Notes: generated by a model not told the origin, from the letters alone. A DNA stretch of 62,915 bases, filler included, from Octopus bimaculoides (GCF_001194135.2; 7 parts of 7 records of this genome joined end to end with filler, not necessarily neighbours in it), one strand, 5' to 3'. Numbered from the whole stretch's first letter, positions 38,901 through 50,021 are shown. Made by a program: numbers and translations.

Positions 38901-40213
38901 AACAAAAACAACAACAGCAGCAGCTACCATCATCGCTACCAGCAGCAGAACCGCACCGCAACTTTCACTACCACTGCCGCTGCTACAACCACCACCACTG
39001 CCACTGCCACCACCACCACTACCACCACCACAACCTCCACCACTACTACTGCATATATATATATATATGTGTGTATCACAACCACGACATACTCTACCAC
39101 CACCACCACCACCACCACCACCACCACTACGACCACCATCNNNNNNNNNNNNNNNNNNNNNNNNNNNNNNNNNNNNNNNNNNNNNNNNNNNNNNNNNNNN
39201 NNNNNNNNNNNNNNNNNNNNNNNNNNNNNNNNNNNNNNNNNNNNNNNNNNNNNNNNNNNNNNNNNNNNNNNNNNNNNNNNNNNNNNNNNNNNNNNNNNNN
39301 NNNNNNNNNNNNNNNNNNNNNNNNNNNNNNNNNNNNNNNNNNNNNNNNNNNNNNNNNNNNNNNNNNNNNNNNNNNNNNNNNNNNNNNNNNNNNNNNNNNN
39401 NNNNNNNNNNNNNNNNNNNNNNNNNNNNNNNNNNNNNNNNNNNNNNNNNNNNNNNNNNNNNNNNNNNNNNNNNNNNNNNNNNNNNNNNNNNNNNNNNNNN
39501 NNNNNNNNNNNNNNNNNNNNNNNNNNNNNNNNNNNNNNNNNNNNNNNNNNNNNNNNNNNNNNNNNNNNNNNNNNNNNNNNNNNNNNNNNNNNNNNNNNNN
39601 NNNNNNNNNNNNNNNNNNNNNNNNNNNNNNNNNNNNNNNNNNNNNNNNNNNNNNNNNNNNNNNNNNNNNNNNNNNNNNNNNNNNNNNNNNNNNNNNNNNN
39701 NNNNNNNNNNNNNNNNNNNNNNNNNNNNNNNNNNNNNNNNNNNNNNNNNNNNNNNNNNNNNNNNNNNNNNNNNNNNNNNNNNNNNNNNNNNNNNNNNNNN
39801 NNNNNNNNNNNNNNNNNNNNNNNNNNNNNNNNNNNNNNNNNNNNNNNNNNNNNNNNNNNNNNNNNNNNNNNNNNNNNNNNNNNNNNNNNNNNNNNNNNNN
39901 NNNNNNNNNNNNNNNNNNNNNNNNNNNNNNNNNNNNNNNNNNNNNNNNNNNNNNNNNNNNNNNNNNNNNNNNNNNNNNNNNNNNNNNNNNNNNNNNNNNN
40001 NNNNNNNNNNNNNNNNNNNNNNNNNNNNNNNNNNNNNNNNNNNNNNNNNNNNNNNNNNNNNNNNNNNNNNNNNNNNNNNNNNNNNNNNNNNNNNNNNNNN
40101 NNNNNNNNNNNNTATATATATATACACATATATATATATATACTTAAATATTAATGTTTATATATATATATGTACGTATATGTGTATGTGTATATATCTA
40201 TATATATATTTAA

Positions 40214-40257
<44 letters not shown>

Positions 40258-40400
40258 TTATTTATTTATTTATTTATTTATTTATGGGTTTCAGCCAAGT
40301 GGCTGTGGTCATGCTGGAGCACCACCGTGAATATATATATATATAAATATAAAAATAGATACATATATACATACATATATATATATGTATATACACGCAC

Positions 40401-40580
40401 ACACACATACACATAAACATACAGGCGTGGCTCTGAGGTAAGAAGCTTGCTTGCCAACCACATGGTTTCGGGTTCAGTCTCACTGCGTGGCACTTTGGCC
40501 AAGTGTCCTCTACAACAGCCTCGGGCCAACCAAAGCCTTATGAGCGGGTTTTGTAGACAGAAACTGAAAGAAGCCCGTCC
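40401..40580 (+). mobile_element. tRNA-derived SINE, family K
   Basis: caggcgtggctctgaggtaagaagcttgcttgccaaccacatggtttcgggttcagtctcactgcgtggc... Related heads occur at 35808-35875 and 30716-30752, and reversed at 7090-7245. Confidence 0.7.
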
Positions 40581-40617
40581 TGTATATACTACTTCTACTA
40601 CTACTATTGCTACTACG

Positions 40618-40663
<46 letters not shown>

Positions 40664-40666
40664 TTG

Positions 40667-40697
<31 letters not shown>

Positions 40698-40710
40698 TAC
40701 TACTACTACG

Positions 40711-40747
<37 letters not shown>

Positions 40748-41594
40748 TTGCTACTACTACTNNNNNNNNNNNNNNNNNNNNNNNNNNNNNNNNNNNNNNN
40801 NNNNNNNNNNNNNNNNNNNNNNNNNNNNNNNNNNNNNNNNNNNNNNNNNNNNNNNNNNNNNNNNNNNNNNNNNNNNNNNNNNNNNNNNNNNNNNNNNNNN
40901 NNNNNNNNNNNNNNNNNNNNNNNNNNNNNNNNNNNNNNNNNNNNNNNNNNNNNNNNNNNNNNNNNNNNNNNNNNNNNNNNNNNNNNNNNNNNNNNNNNNN
41001 NNNNNNNNNNNNNNNNNNNNNNNNNNNNNNNNNNNNNNNNNNNNNNNNNNNNNNNNNNNNNNNNNNNNNNNNNNNNNNNNNNNNNNNNNNNNNNNNNNNN
41101 NNNNNNNNNNNNNNNNNNNNNNNNNNNNNNNNNNNNNNNNNNNNNNNNNNNNNNNNNNNNNNNNNNNNNNNNNNNNNNNNNNNNNNNNNNNNNNNNNNNN
41201 NNNNNNNNNNNNNNNNNNNNNNNNNNNNNNNNNNNNNNNNNNNNNNNNNNNNNNNNNNNNNNNNNNNNNNNNNNNNNNNNNNNNNNNNNNNNNNNNNNNN
41301 NNNNNNNNNNNNNNNNNNNNNNNNNNNNNNNNNNNNNNNNNNNNNNNNNNNNNNNNNNNNNNNNNNNNNNNNNNNNNNNNNNNNNNNNNNNNNNNNNNNN
41401 NNNNNNNNNNNNNNNNNNNNNNNNNNNNNNNNNNNNNNNNNNNNNNNNNNNNNNNNNNNNNNNNNNNNNNNNNNNNNNNNNNNNNNNNNNNNNNNNNNNN
41501 NNNNNNNNNNNNNNNNNNNNNNNNNNNNNNNNGTGCTTAAAGTAGAAAGGATTCTTGTTGTTGCTATGGCTGTTCTTTGCAATTATTTATTCAT

Positions 41595-41850
41595 CATCGT
41601 CATCATCATCATCATCATCATCATCATCGTCGTTTAACGTCCGCTTTCCACGCTAGCATGGGTTGGACGATTTGACTGAGGACTGGTGAACCAGATGGCT
41701 ACACCAGGCTCCAATCTGATTTGGCAGAGTTTCTACAGCTGGATGCCCTTCCTAACGCCAACCTCTCAGAGAGTGTAGTGGGTACTTTTACGTGTCACCC
41801 GCACGAAGGCCAGTCAGGCGGAACTGGCAACGGCCACGCTCGAAATGGTG
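41595..41850 (-). mobile_element. Family R repeat
   Basis: Reverse complement of 22490-22708 with an (ATC)n tail on the plus strand. Confidence 0.8.
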
Positions 41851-41925
41851 TATTATTTATTATTTGTTTGCTTTTGTCATTTTTAAATATTGTACTCGTA
41901 ACTTTCCCAATTCCTTTTCTTTCAG

Positions 41926-42182
41926 AATCTACCCAAACAATGCACTACGTACCCGAGGTATGTTGGAATGCCTGCAAGTATTTCGTCCACCAGTCATGCC
42001 ATTTAAGGCCCTCACCGAGCTCTCGAATAGACTGTCCCTGTGCACAGTGCCAACCCCAAGCAATTTATCGTTTTCTCAGGAAGAACTGGACTACGTGCTG
42101 TATGGCTGCATCTCCAGCACACCCTGTCAGACCTACCCACGTCACGCCCTCAGTGGCCTACGCCTCAGTGATATGACCAATG
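41926..42182 (+). CDS. PRDM14: PRDM14 orthologue, internal exon A (phase 2 to 1): IYPNNALRTRGMLECLQVFRPPVMPFKALTELSNRLSLCTVPTPSNLSFSQEELDYVLYGCISSTPCQTYPRHALSGLRLSDMTN(D)
   Basis: ttccttttctttcag acceptor and gtaggt donor. FSQEELDYVLYG...HALSGL resembles the vertebrate PRDM14 pre-SET segment FTEEDLHFVLYG...HAISGL (recalled from memory). The phase joins exon B. Confidence 0.85.
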
Positions 42183-42255
42183 GTAGGTCCACACGTCACA
42201 GTTTTAGTCTATATATTTACTGTTGAGTCATTCATTGCCTAGTATATAATATTTT

Positions 42256-43100
42256 AAGAAGGTGGTGAGCTGGCAGAAACGTTAGCACGCCGGGCGAAAT
42301 GCTTAGCGGTATTTCGTCTGTCTTTATGTTCTGAGTTCAAATTCCGCTGAGGTCGACTTTGCCTTTCATCCTTTCGGGGGTCGATGAATTAAGTACCAGT
42401 TNNNNNNNNNNNNNNNNNNNNNNNNNNNNNNNNNNNNNNNNNNNNNNNNNNNNNNNNNNNNNNNNNNNNNNNNNNNNNNNNNNNNNNNNNNNNNNNNNNN
42501 NNNNNNNNNNNNNNNNNNNNNNNNNNNNNNNNNNNNNNNNNNNNNNNNNNNNNNNNNNNNNNNNNNNNNNNNNNNNNNNNNNNNNNNNNNNNNNNNNNNN
42601 NNNNNNNNNNNNNNNNNNNNNNNNNNNNNNNNNNNNNNNNNNNNNNNNNNNNNNNNNNNNNNNNNNNNNNNNNNNNNNNNNNNNNNNNNNNNNNNNNNNN
42701 NNNNNNNNNNNNNNNNNNNNNNNNNNNNNNNNNNNNNNNNNNNTTTAAGAAGGTGGTGAGCTGGCAGAAACGTTAGCACGCCGGGCGAAATGCTTAGCGG
42801 TATTTCGTCTGTCTTTATGTTCTGAGTTCAAATTCCGCTGAGGTCAACTTTGCCTTTCATCCTTTCGGGGGTCGATGAATTAAGTACCAGTTACGCACTG
42901 GGGTTGATATAATCGACTTAATCCATTTGTCTGTCCTTGTTTGTCCCCTCTATGTTTAGCCCTCTGTGAGCAATAACTAAATAAATATTTTAAGCAGAAA
43001 CGTTAGCACGCCGGGCGAAATGCTTAGCGGTATTTCGTCTGCCGTTACAATCTGAGTTCAAATTCCACCGAGGTCGACTTTGCCCTTCATCCTTTCGGAG
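42256..43100 (+). mobile_element. Cluster of SINE family M copies in a PRDM14 intron; the first two are identical and flank a gap
   Basis: Copies at 42256-42401, 42744-42975 and 42994-43100. Confidence 0.8.
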
Positions 43101-43233
43101 TCTGCGTCTGCCACATCCCATGCCTGTTATATATATATATGTTAGACATTTTGTATGATATGAAGTTCGTTTCTATTGTTATAAATGTAAAGTATACCTC
43201 CAAATAATACCGTTTATTTGTCTCTGAATTCAG

Positions 43234-43338
43234 ATGTCGGCGTTCGTGGCTGGAACAAAGCTAGTTTAACTTCATACCCCATGTACCCACCCTGGAGGAC
43301 ATCAAGACTGGACCCACCCCCTCATGTCCTGCCTGAAG
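43234..43338 (+). CDS. PRDM14: PRDM14 orthologue, exon B (phase 1 to 1): (D)VGVRGWNKASLTSYPMYPPWRTSRLDPPPHVLPE(E)
   Basis: aattcag acceptor and gtaagc donor. 105 nt. Ends in LPE, the residues that precede the PR domain. Frame-consistent with exons A and C. Confidence 0.85.
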
Positions 43339-44145
43339 GTAAGCACATTAATATAAACCGTACACGTTGTAGTACCTCGTAGTTCCCTTAGTGGGTGGAT
43401 GAATGGGCCAGTGTGAGGGTGTACGGGTGGTGTGGTGTAATCCTCGTTGGGTAGATGTATGTTGTCACATACACACATACACTCGTACATCTCACACATC
43501 ACACACACACACACACTCTTACATCTCACACACACACACACTCTTACATCTCACACATCACACACACACACACACACACTCTTACATCTCGCACACACAC
43601 ACACTCTTACATCTCACACACACACATACACTCTTACATCTCACACATCACACACACACACACATACTCATACACCTCATACATACACACACACTCAAGC
43701 AGACACACGCTCATACACAACACNNNNNNNNNNNNNNNNNNNNNNNNNNNNNNNNNNNNNNNNNNNNNNNNNNNNNNNNNNNNNNNNNNNNNNNNNNNNN
43801 NNNNNNNNNNNNNNNNNNNNNNNNNNNNNNNNNNNNNNNNNNNNNNNNNNNNNNNNNNNNNNNNNNNNNNNNNNNNNNNNNNNNNNNNNNNNNNNNNNNN
43901 NNNNNNNNNNNNNNNNNNNNNNNNNNNNNNNNNNNNNNNNNNNNNNNNNNNNNNNNNNNNNNNNNNNNNNNNNNNNNNNNNNNNNNNNNNNNNNNNNNNN
44001 NNNNNNNNNNNNNNNNNNNNNNNNNNNNNNNNNNNNNNNNNNNNNNNNNNNNNNNCACACAACACACACACACACACCCATACACCTCACACCCCACTAC
44101 ATCCGTCGCCATGTTTCTAATACTTACACGCTTTCTCATTTGCAG

Positions 44146-44306
44146 AGCTTTGCATCTACCCGACAATGTTCGCCGGGGTGGTCCATTATGGAGTGTTCTG
44201 TCGCAAAGAGGTGGTCCGCTCAGGGATCAGGTATGGCCCCTTCAAGGGCAAGATCGTCAACACCAGTGAAATTAAGACATTCGATGACAACACCCACATG
44301 TGGGAG
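44146..44306 (+). CDS. PRDM14: PRDM14 orthologue, exon C (phase 1 to 0), PR/SET N-terminal half: LCIYPTMFAGVVHYGVFCRKEVVRSGIRYGPFKGKIVNTSEIKTFDDNTHMWE
   Basis: ctttctcatttgcag acceptor and gtaagg donor. Closely resembles recalled human PRDM14 LCLMQTVFGEVPHFGVFC...GVRFGPFQGKVVNASEVKTYGDNSVMWE. Confidence 0.93.
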
Positions 44307-44346
44307 GTAAGGAGATAGTCGCCATGATGAAACTTAATTGGTGAGC

Positions 44347-44379
<33 letters not shown>

Positions 44380-44622
44380 TATATGAGTGTATGTGTATAT
44401 GAGTATGTGTGTGTATGAGTATGCGGGTGTGTGTGTGAGAGTATATGAGTGTGTATGTAAATGAATATGTGTGTGTGTATGAGTATGCGTGTGTATGTGT
44501 GCGTGTGTGTATGGATGTGTGTGTATATGAGTGTGTGTGTATGAGTATGCGGGTGTGTGTGTGTGTATGAGTATGTGTGTCTGTAAAAAATGTCCGTAGA
44601 CCATAAATATATTTATAATATA

Positions 44623-45114
44623 TACGTGTGTATGAAATTATACACAAAGAGGGGAACCACTCAGTGGTCTTGAGTCGGATAATTCACTGCTGAATTTTTA
44701 TTCACAACTGCTTTATTCTGGCTTAGCACGTTGCTTGAAGACATTTTTGAATTGAATTCACGATGTATAACGATAACATTCGATATGCACGTGTCTGCTT
44801 TGAGGTATGGTATACATTTGAGTTTTATAATTATACGTCCCCAGAAGTCTCTACTGAAGATCCACAGATGATTAACTATTTAATTAATTTATTGGTTGAT
44901 TAATTGATTCATTTTTGAAATCATTAATGGTGAAACTTCGAGGTATAAGAATAACTTGTCTTTTTAATTCTTTCAAATTGCCTTGGTCGCCTGCATTCAA
45001 CGTGCTATAAATAAGAAATTTTTTTCCGTGGTTTAGGGATTTGACATCTCTTTTCAGCATGTAAGGAGACCACTTAGTGGTTCTCCTCTTTGTGTATAAT
45101 TTTATGCACACGTA
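44623..45114. mobile_element. 492-bp element bounded by 48-bp inverted repeats (4 mismatches), with a hammerhead-like core inside
   Basis: 44623-44670 versus the reverse complement of 45067-45114; TA-rich flanks. Confidence 0.7.
44849..44950 (+). ncRNA. Hammerhead-like motif, intact core, weak stem I
   Basis: CTGAAGA 44854-60; CCA with TGG and ATGATT with AATCAT in stem II; GAAA 44932-35; ACTTCGAGGT near-palindromic stem III; GTA 44943-45. Confidence 0.4.
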
Positions 45115-45196
45115 CATATATACATATATATATATATCGCTGACCAAAACATTCAATTTTTTTACCTCCGTGTTTTTCTCCTTGTTTTCTCCGTAT

Positions 45197-45233
45197 TCTT
45201 TCTGTTGAAGAGCGTAGCTCGAAACGTTAAAGA
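45197..45233 (+). ncRNA. Compact hammerhead-like motif with a mutated core (CTGTTGA)
   Basis: TCTTT with AAAGA as stem I; GAGC-GTA-GCTC as stem II; GAAA; ACGT palindrome plus T. Core position A6 is T, so it is probably inactive. Confidence 0.35.
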
Positions 45234-46176
45234 CTTTCTGTATTCCCGAGCGTTAAACTCATACATCCTTTTGTTGTTTACACCACCTGTCCTCGTCTGT
45301 TGTTGTTTTTTTCGTAAATTCTCATATATATATATCCATATATTTGTAAATGCATGCATACGCACGTACATACATAATACATGTATTTAGGTATATAATG
45401 TCATATATATTTNNNNNNNNNNNNNNNNNNNNNNNNNNNNNNNNNNNNNNNNNNNNNNNNNNNNNNNNNNNNNNNNNNNNNNNNNNNNNNNNNNNNNNNN
45501 NNNNNNNNNNNNNNNNNNNNNNNNNNNNNNNNNNNNNNNNNNNNNNNNNNNNNNNNNNNNNNNNNNNNNNNNNNNNNNNNNNNNNNNNNNNNNNNNNNNN
45601 NNNNNNNNNNNNNNNNNNNNNNNNNNNNNNNNNNNNNNNNNNNNNNNNNNNNNNNNNNNNNNNNNNNNNNNNNNNNNNNNNNNNNNNNNNNNNNNNNNNN
45701 NNNNNNNNNNNNNNNNNNNNNNNNNNNNNNNNNNNNNNNNNNNNNNNNNNNNNNNNNNNNNNNNNNNNNNNNNNNNNNNNNNNNNNNNNNNNNNNNNNNN
45801 NNNNNNNNNNNNNNNNNNNNNNNNNNNNNNNNNNNNNNNNNNNNNNNNNNNNNNNNNNNNNNNNNNNNNNNNNNNNNNNNNNNNNNNNNNNNNNNNNNNN
45901 NNNNNNNNNNNNNNNNNNNNNNNNNNNNNNNNNNNNNNNNNNTATATTGCAATTAGAAAATGGAGGAGAATATGCGGTCCCCATTGACTCGCAGACAGTG
46001 TATTCCGTTGAATTAATTCACTGATTTTGTAACTAAAATGACAAAAAAATATAACATGACATACCATGTTATATTAACAATCGAGGTTACAAATATGAAG
46101 TACATTAGGAATTTGAAAATAAACAGAAACTTACTGCTGTTTCGGCCTAGCGTTGGCATGCCCCATTCTCTCTTGC

Positions 46177-46217
<41 letters not shown>

Positions 46218-46317
46218 NNNNNNNNNNNNNNNNNNNNNNNNNNNNNNNNNNNNNNNNNNNNTTAATTAATTAANNNNNNNNNNNNNNNNNNNNNNNNNNN
46301 NNNNNNNNNNNNNNNNN
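46218..46317. other. Artificial scaffold-join spacer 4
   Basis: 44 N + TTAATTAATTAA (46262-46273) + 44 N. Confidence 0.93.
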
Positions 46318-46421
46318 ATTTTATATATACTTTATCTATAAGGCTCAATTTAATTTTAATTTTTTATAAATTGATTTTAATTGAGTTTTTTACCTGTAAT
46401 TTTGGATTTTGTCCCTATTAT

Positions 46422-46465
<44 letters not shown>

Positions 46466-46769
46466 TTCCACTCAACCTATGTAAGCTTGGAAAAGTGGAT
46501 GTTAAAACGATGCTGAGAATGTTTCTGTGTGCCTTCCTACTGACCAGCTTACCAAGGCAGCCTTTACTATTAACTATTTTCATGGATCTTCCACGGAGAG
46601 GATGCTGTAATTGTTTTTCATTTCTTTTGTCATTTTGCCTGAAGTCAAATCTGATCCCGCTGGCTATGCTGAAAGGCATTTCAACAATGCCCATCCTGTC
46701 TGTTATTGTGACACAGTATATCTCAGACTACATTTCTTTGTGAAGGTGTGTTGTACTATGAGGGAGGTT

Positions 46770-47630
46770 TGACTTGTTTCTAATGGGTTGACTGACTGCA
46801 TAAAAACTTCCTTGCTTTTGTTGGTCCTGACCTGGGGCTTGTGATACTATGGACAGTCCTAGGATCAGAGGCATTTCAGCCATGACCCTTTCCACGATAT
46901 TCCTATGTGCAGGGAATCCACAGTCATGTGACAGAAAGTGTCATTTTCTTAAACAGCGAGGGTGTGATTTCAGAGAGATTTGGCTGTTGTTTTTAACAAT
47001 TTGAGCAACCACATAAAGGCTTTCTATTCTGCTTGGCCTTCCTTGTTGTTTCACCCCAGGTCATTGTTCCAGCAATGACCATCCTACTTTTATTCTGGCA
47101 CTGTGTATCTTGGAGTGATTACTCAATAAGTCTTCTGTATTTTTTTATGATTGGATTATGCCCTGAGGGAGATTTGGCTGCTATTTCTAGCAATTTGAGC
47201 AACTGCATAAAGGTTCCTCCTTAGCTTGGCCTTTCTTGTTTCACCCCAGGTCAATCCTGATACAGGACAGACCCATGATAAAAGCCGTACCATCAATGAT
47301 CATCCTACCTATTCTGGCAGTGTGTATCTTGGAGTACATTACTCAATAAGACTTCCCATTATGTTTATGACTGTGTTGTTCTGTGAGGGAGATTTGGCTA
47401 TTATTTCTAACTGGTCAAAAGTCCACATAAAAGCTACTTTGTTTTGGTCCTGATATAGGGTTTATGATCCTGTGGACAGACCTAGGATCAAGGGCATTCC
47501 AGCTGTGACCATCCCTTCATTTCCCTGAGAAATTTCACAATTACATAGCAGAGCTTGTCTTTAAGATGGTGGGATGTGGTTTCAGGAAGATTTTGCAGCT
47601 ATTTCTTGCAGATTCACCAATTATATTGGC
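46770..47630 (+). repeat. Diverged tandem array of ~195-220-bp units
   Basis: The motif gagatttggctgctatttctagca recurs near 46975, 47169, 47389 and 47587. Shared downstream blocks (tttcaccccaggtca; tattctggca.tgtgtatcttggagt...actcaataag) are also present. Confidence 0.65.
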
Positions 47631-47736
47631 ATTATCAAACTTCTTTTGGTTTGGCAAAAGAGATTGATAGAATAAATCGGTGGCATCTTTGCCTTATATT
47701 CAAGAATTAAGCTTCTTCTTTCCTGAATGTGCTTTC

Positions 47737-48430
47737 GTCATCATCATCATCATCATCGTCGTTTAACGTCCGCTTTCCATGCTAGCATGGGTTGGACGAT
47801 TTGACTGAGGACTGGTGAAACCAGATGGCTACACCAGGCTCCAATCTAATTTGGCAGAGTTTCTACAGCTGGATGCCCTTCCTAACGCCAACTACTCCGA
47901 GAGTGTAGTGGGTGCTTTTACGTACCACCGGCACGAAGGCCAGTCAGGCGGTACTGGCAACGGCCACGCTCGAAATGGTGTATTTTACGTGCAACCTACA
48001 CGGGAGCCAGTCCAGCGGCACTGGCAACAATCTCGCTCGAATGTCTTATTGGCAATGGCCACGTTCGAAATGGTGTATTTTACATGTCGCCTGCACAGGA
48101 GCCAGTCCAGTGGCACTGGCAACAATCTCGCTCGAATGTCTTACTGGCAACGGCCATGCTTGAAATGGTGTATTTTACATGTCACCTGCACAGGAGCCAG
48201 TCCAGTGACACTGGCAATGATCTTGCTCGAATGTCTTTTCACATGCCACGGGCACAAGTGCCAGGAAGGCGACGTTGGTAACGATCACACTCAAATGGTG
48301 CTATTTACGTGCCACCGGCACGGAAGCCAGACAGCTGGTGCTCTGGCAATGATCACGCTCGGACGGTGCTCTTAGTCCTCCACTGGTACAGGTGCCATCA
48401 CGATTTCGCTTTCGCTTGCCCCAACAGGTC
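47737..48430 (-). mobile_element. Family R repeat extended by three tandem 95-bp units (starting 47954, 48049, 48144)
   Basis: The units ctggcaacggccacgctcgaaatggtg...ctcgctcgaatgtctta are directly visible. Confidence 0.8.
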
Positions 48431-48617
48431 TTCGCAAGCCGAGTTTAGTGTTCAGTGAAAGAGACATTGGCATTGGTGCCAGTCGTGCTTTCTTTACAGT
48501 AATGGCATTCATGACTCCGTAGAATCATTCTCGCAGAGGAAGTCAATGGCATTGACTGCATAGTAATTTTGGTGGAGGATGAGGTTGATTTTTGTCGAGT
48601 TTTTCTCTCCTGTCACC

Positions 48618-49040
48618 AGGAATTTCAACCATGTTTCATGGTCTGCTACCACAACAGCTCCTTTATAGGATCCAGTTAACTCAAGACATCATCAGGAGGA
48701 ACCACGTCCGGTTTCGGCCCCTACTCCTCTACCGTTTTGATGTGGCGGGGCCACCCCCTTTCGGAGGTGTCTTCAGCTCTGGTGTTGGGTGCATGTCTTC
48801 TTTNNNNNNNNNNTCGGCCCCTACTCCTCTACCGTTTTGATGTGGCGGGGCCACCCCCTTTCGGAGGTGTCTTCAGCTCTGGTGTTGGGTGCATGTCTTC
48901 TTTCACTGTTTGTGACTGTTCTAATTCAACTGTGGAATGTCCCTCGCTATGGTTATTTTCCAGGAGGTTCTGGCCACACGTCTTACGGTTTATCAACCCG
49001 CATTGTTGAATTACTTTCTTCCAACATACCTTCCCTTGGA
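48618..49040 (-). mobile_element. Probable Penelope-like 3' or pseudo-LTR remnant with two tandem hammerhead-like cores
   Basis: Minus strand has CTGAAGA (48776-70) with GAAA (48715-12), and CTGATGA (48695-89) with GAAA (48637-34). The upstream reading GLINRKTCGQNL is only weakly GIY-YIG-terminus-like. Confidence 0.45.
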
Positions 49041-49449
49041 ACAAAAAAGTTCTGGAGTTGGTTCAGCTATACTTCTTCAAGGTGGTGCCCCAGCATGGCC
49101 ACAGTCTAATGACTGAAACAAGTAAATGGTAAAAGATAATGGTCCTTGTCACTTTGCTACATGTAGGGTACTTGGGACCATATTATGTAATGCTCCTTTT
49201 TTCTCTGACATCAGATTGTGTAGGTTGAGGAAGATTTTGGCTGCTGTTTCTAACAGGTTGGCCATATTGGCATCATTGATCTTCTCTTGACCGTTTATAA
49301 TGCATGTGTATGTGTGTAATTTAGGCGAGATTTGGCTGCTATTTGATGACGCCAGGGTGATTTGCCTGAAGTTTTCTTGTGGTTGAAGACCATGATGATG
49401 ATGGTGATGATAACAATACTGTTATGATTTCGTAATGAGTAAAACTGCC

Positions 49450-49640
49450 TCTGTGTGTGTGTGTCTGTGTGTGTGTGTCTGTGTGTATGTCTGTGTGTGT
49501 GTCTGTGTGTGTGTATCTGTGTGTGTGTGTGTCTGTGTCTGTGTGTGTGTGTCTGTGTGTGTGTGTCTGTGTGTGTCTGTGTGTGTGTGTGTGTGTGTCT
49601 GTGTGTGTGTGTCTGTGTGTGTGTGTGTCTGTGTGTGTGA
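49450..49640. repeat. (GT)n/(GTGTCT)n microsatellite
   Basis: Directly visible. Confidence 0.9.
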
Positions 49641-50021
49641 GAGAGATAGAGATTTGAGGTAGATTTGGCAGCTATTTCTAACAGATTGACCAGTCACATC
49701 ACCATCATTGAACTTCTTGTGGTAGATAATAATGATGTTGATGACAGTGGTAATGGTAGTGATGATGATGATGATAATAATAATGGTGGTGGTTGTGATG
49801 ATAATGGTAATGATGATAAATGGTGATGATGATAATGGTGGTGGTGATGATGATGATGGTGATCAGGATAACAATAATGGTGTTGATGATGTTGATGATA
49901 CTGCTGATGGTGATGTCATGATTTTGCCTATTGTGTGTGATTTAAGAGAGATTTGGTTGTTATTTTTACTCACACCTAACATTGGAACAACAACAACAAC
50001 CACACTAACAAATAACACTGT

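Noticed and set aside
38820-39055. Gln/Pro/His-rich reading frame as an upstream PRDM14 exon
   Set aside because: It derives from (CAA/CCA)n low-complexity sequence and lacks a convincing acceptor and phase-2 donor.
45942-46024. ILQLENGGEYAVPID... as the next PRDM14 exon
   Set aside because: It does not resemble the expected IFEDG...FIDG continuation and looks more like a transposase C-terminal remnant.
46125-46175. Minus-strand GGCC-GAAA-CAGCAGT-A resembling a PLE hammerhead 3' half
   Set aside because: The CUGANGA half is destroyed; at most a decayed remnant.
47806-47826. CTGAGGA-CTGGT-GAAA-CCAG in the family R tail
   Set aside because: There is no stem II between the core halves; it is a simple CTGGT/ACCAG hairpin.
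47954-48240. Regularly spaced repeats as a possible CRISPR array
   Set aside because: Whole 95-bp units repeat with no unique spacers, no cas genes are present, and the context is a eukaryotic repeat.
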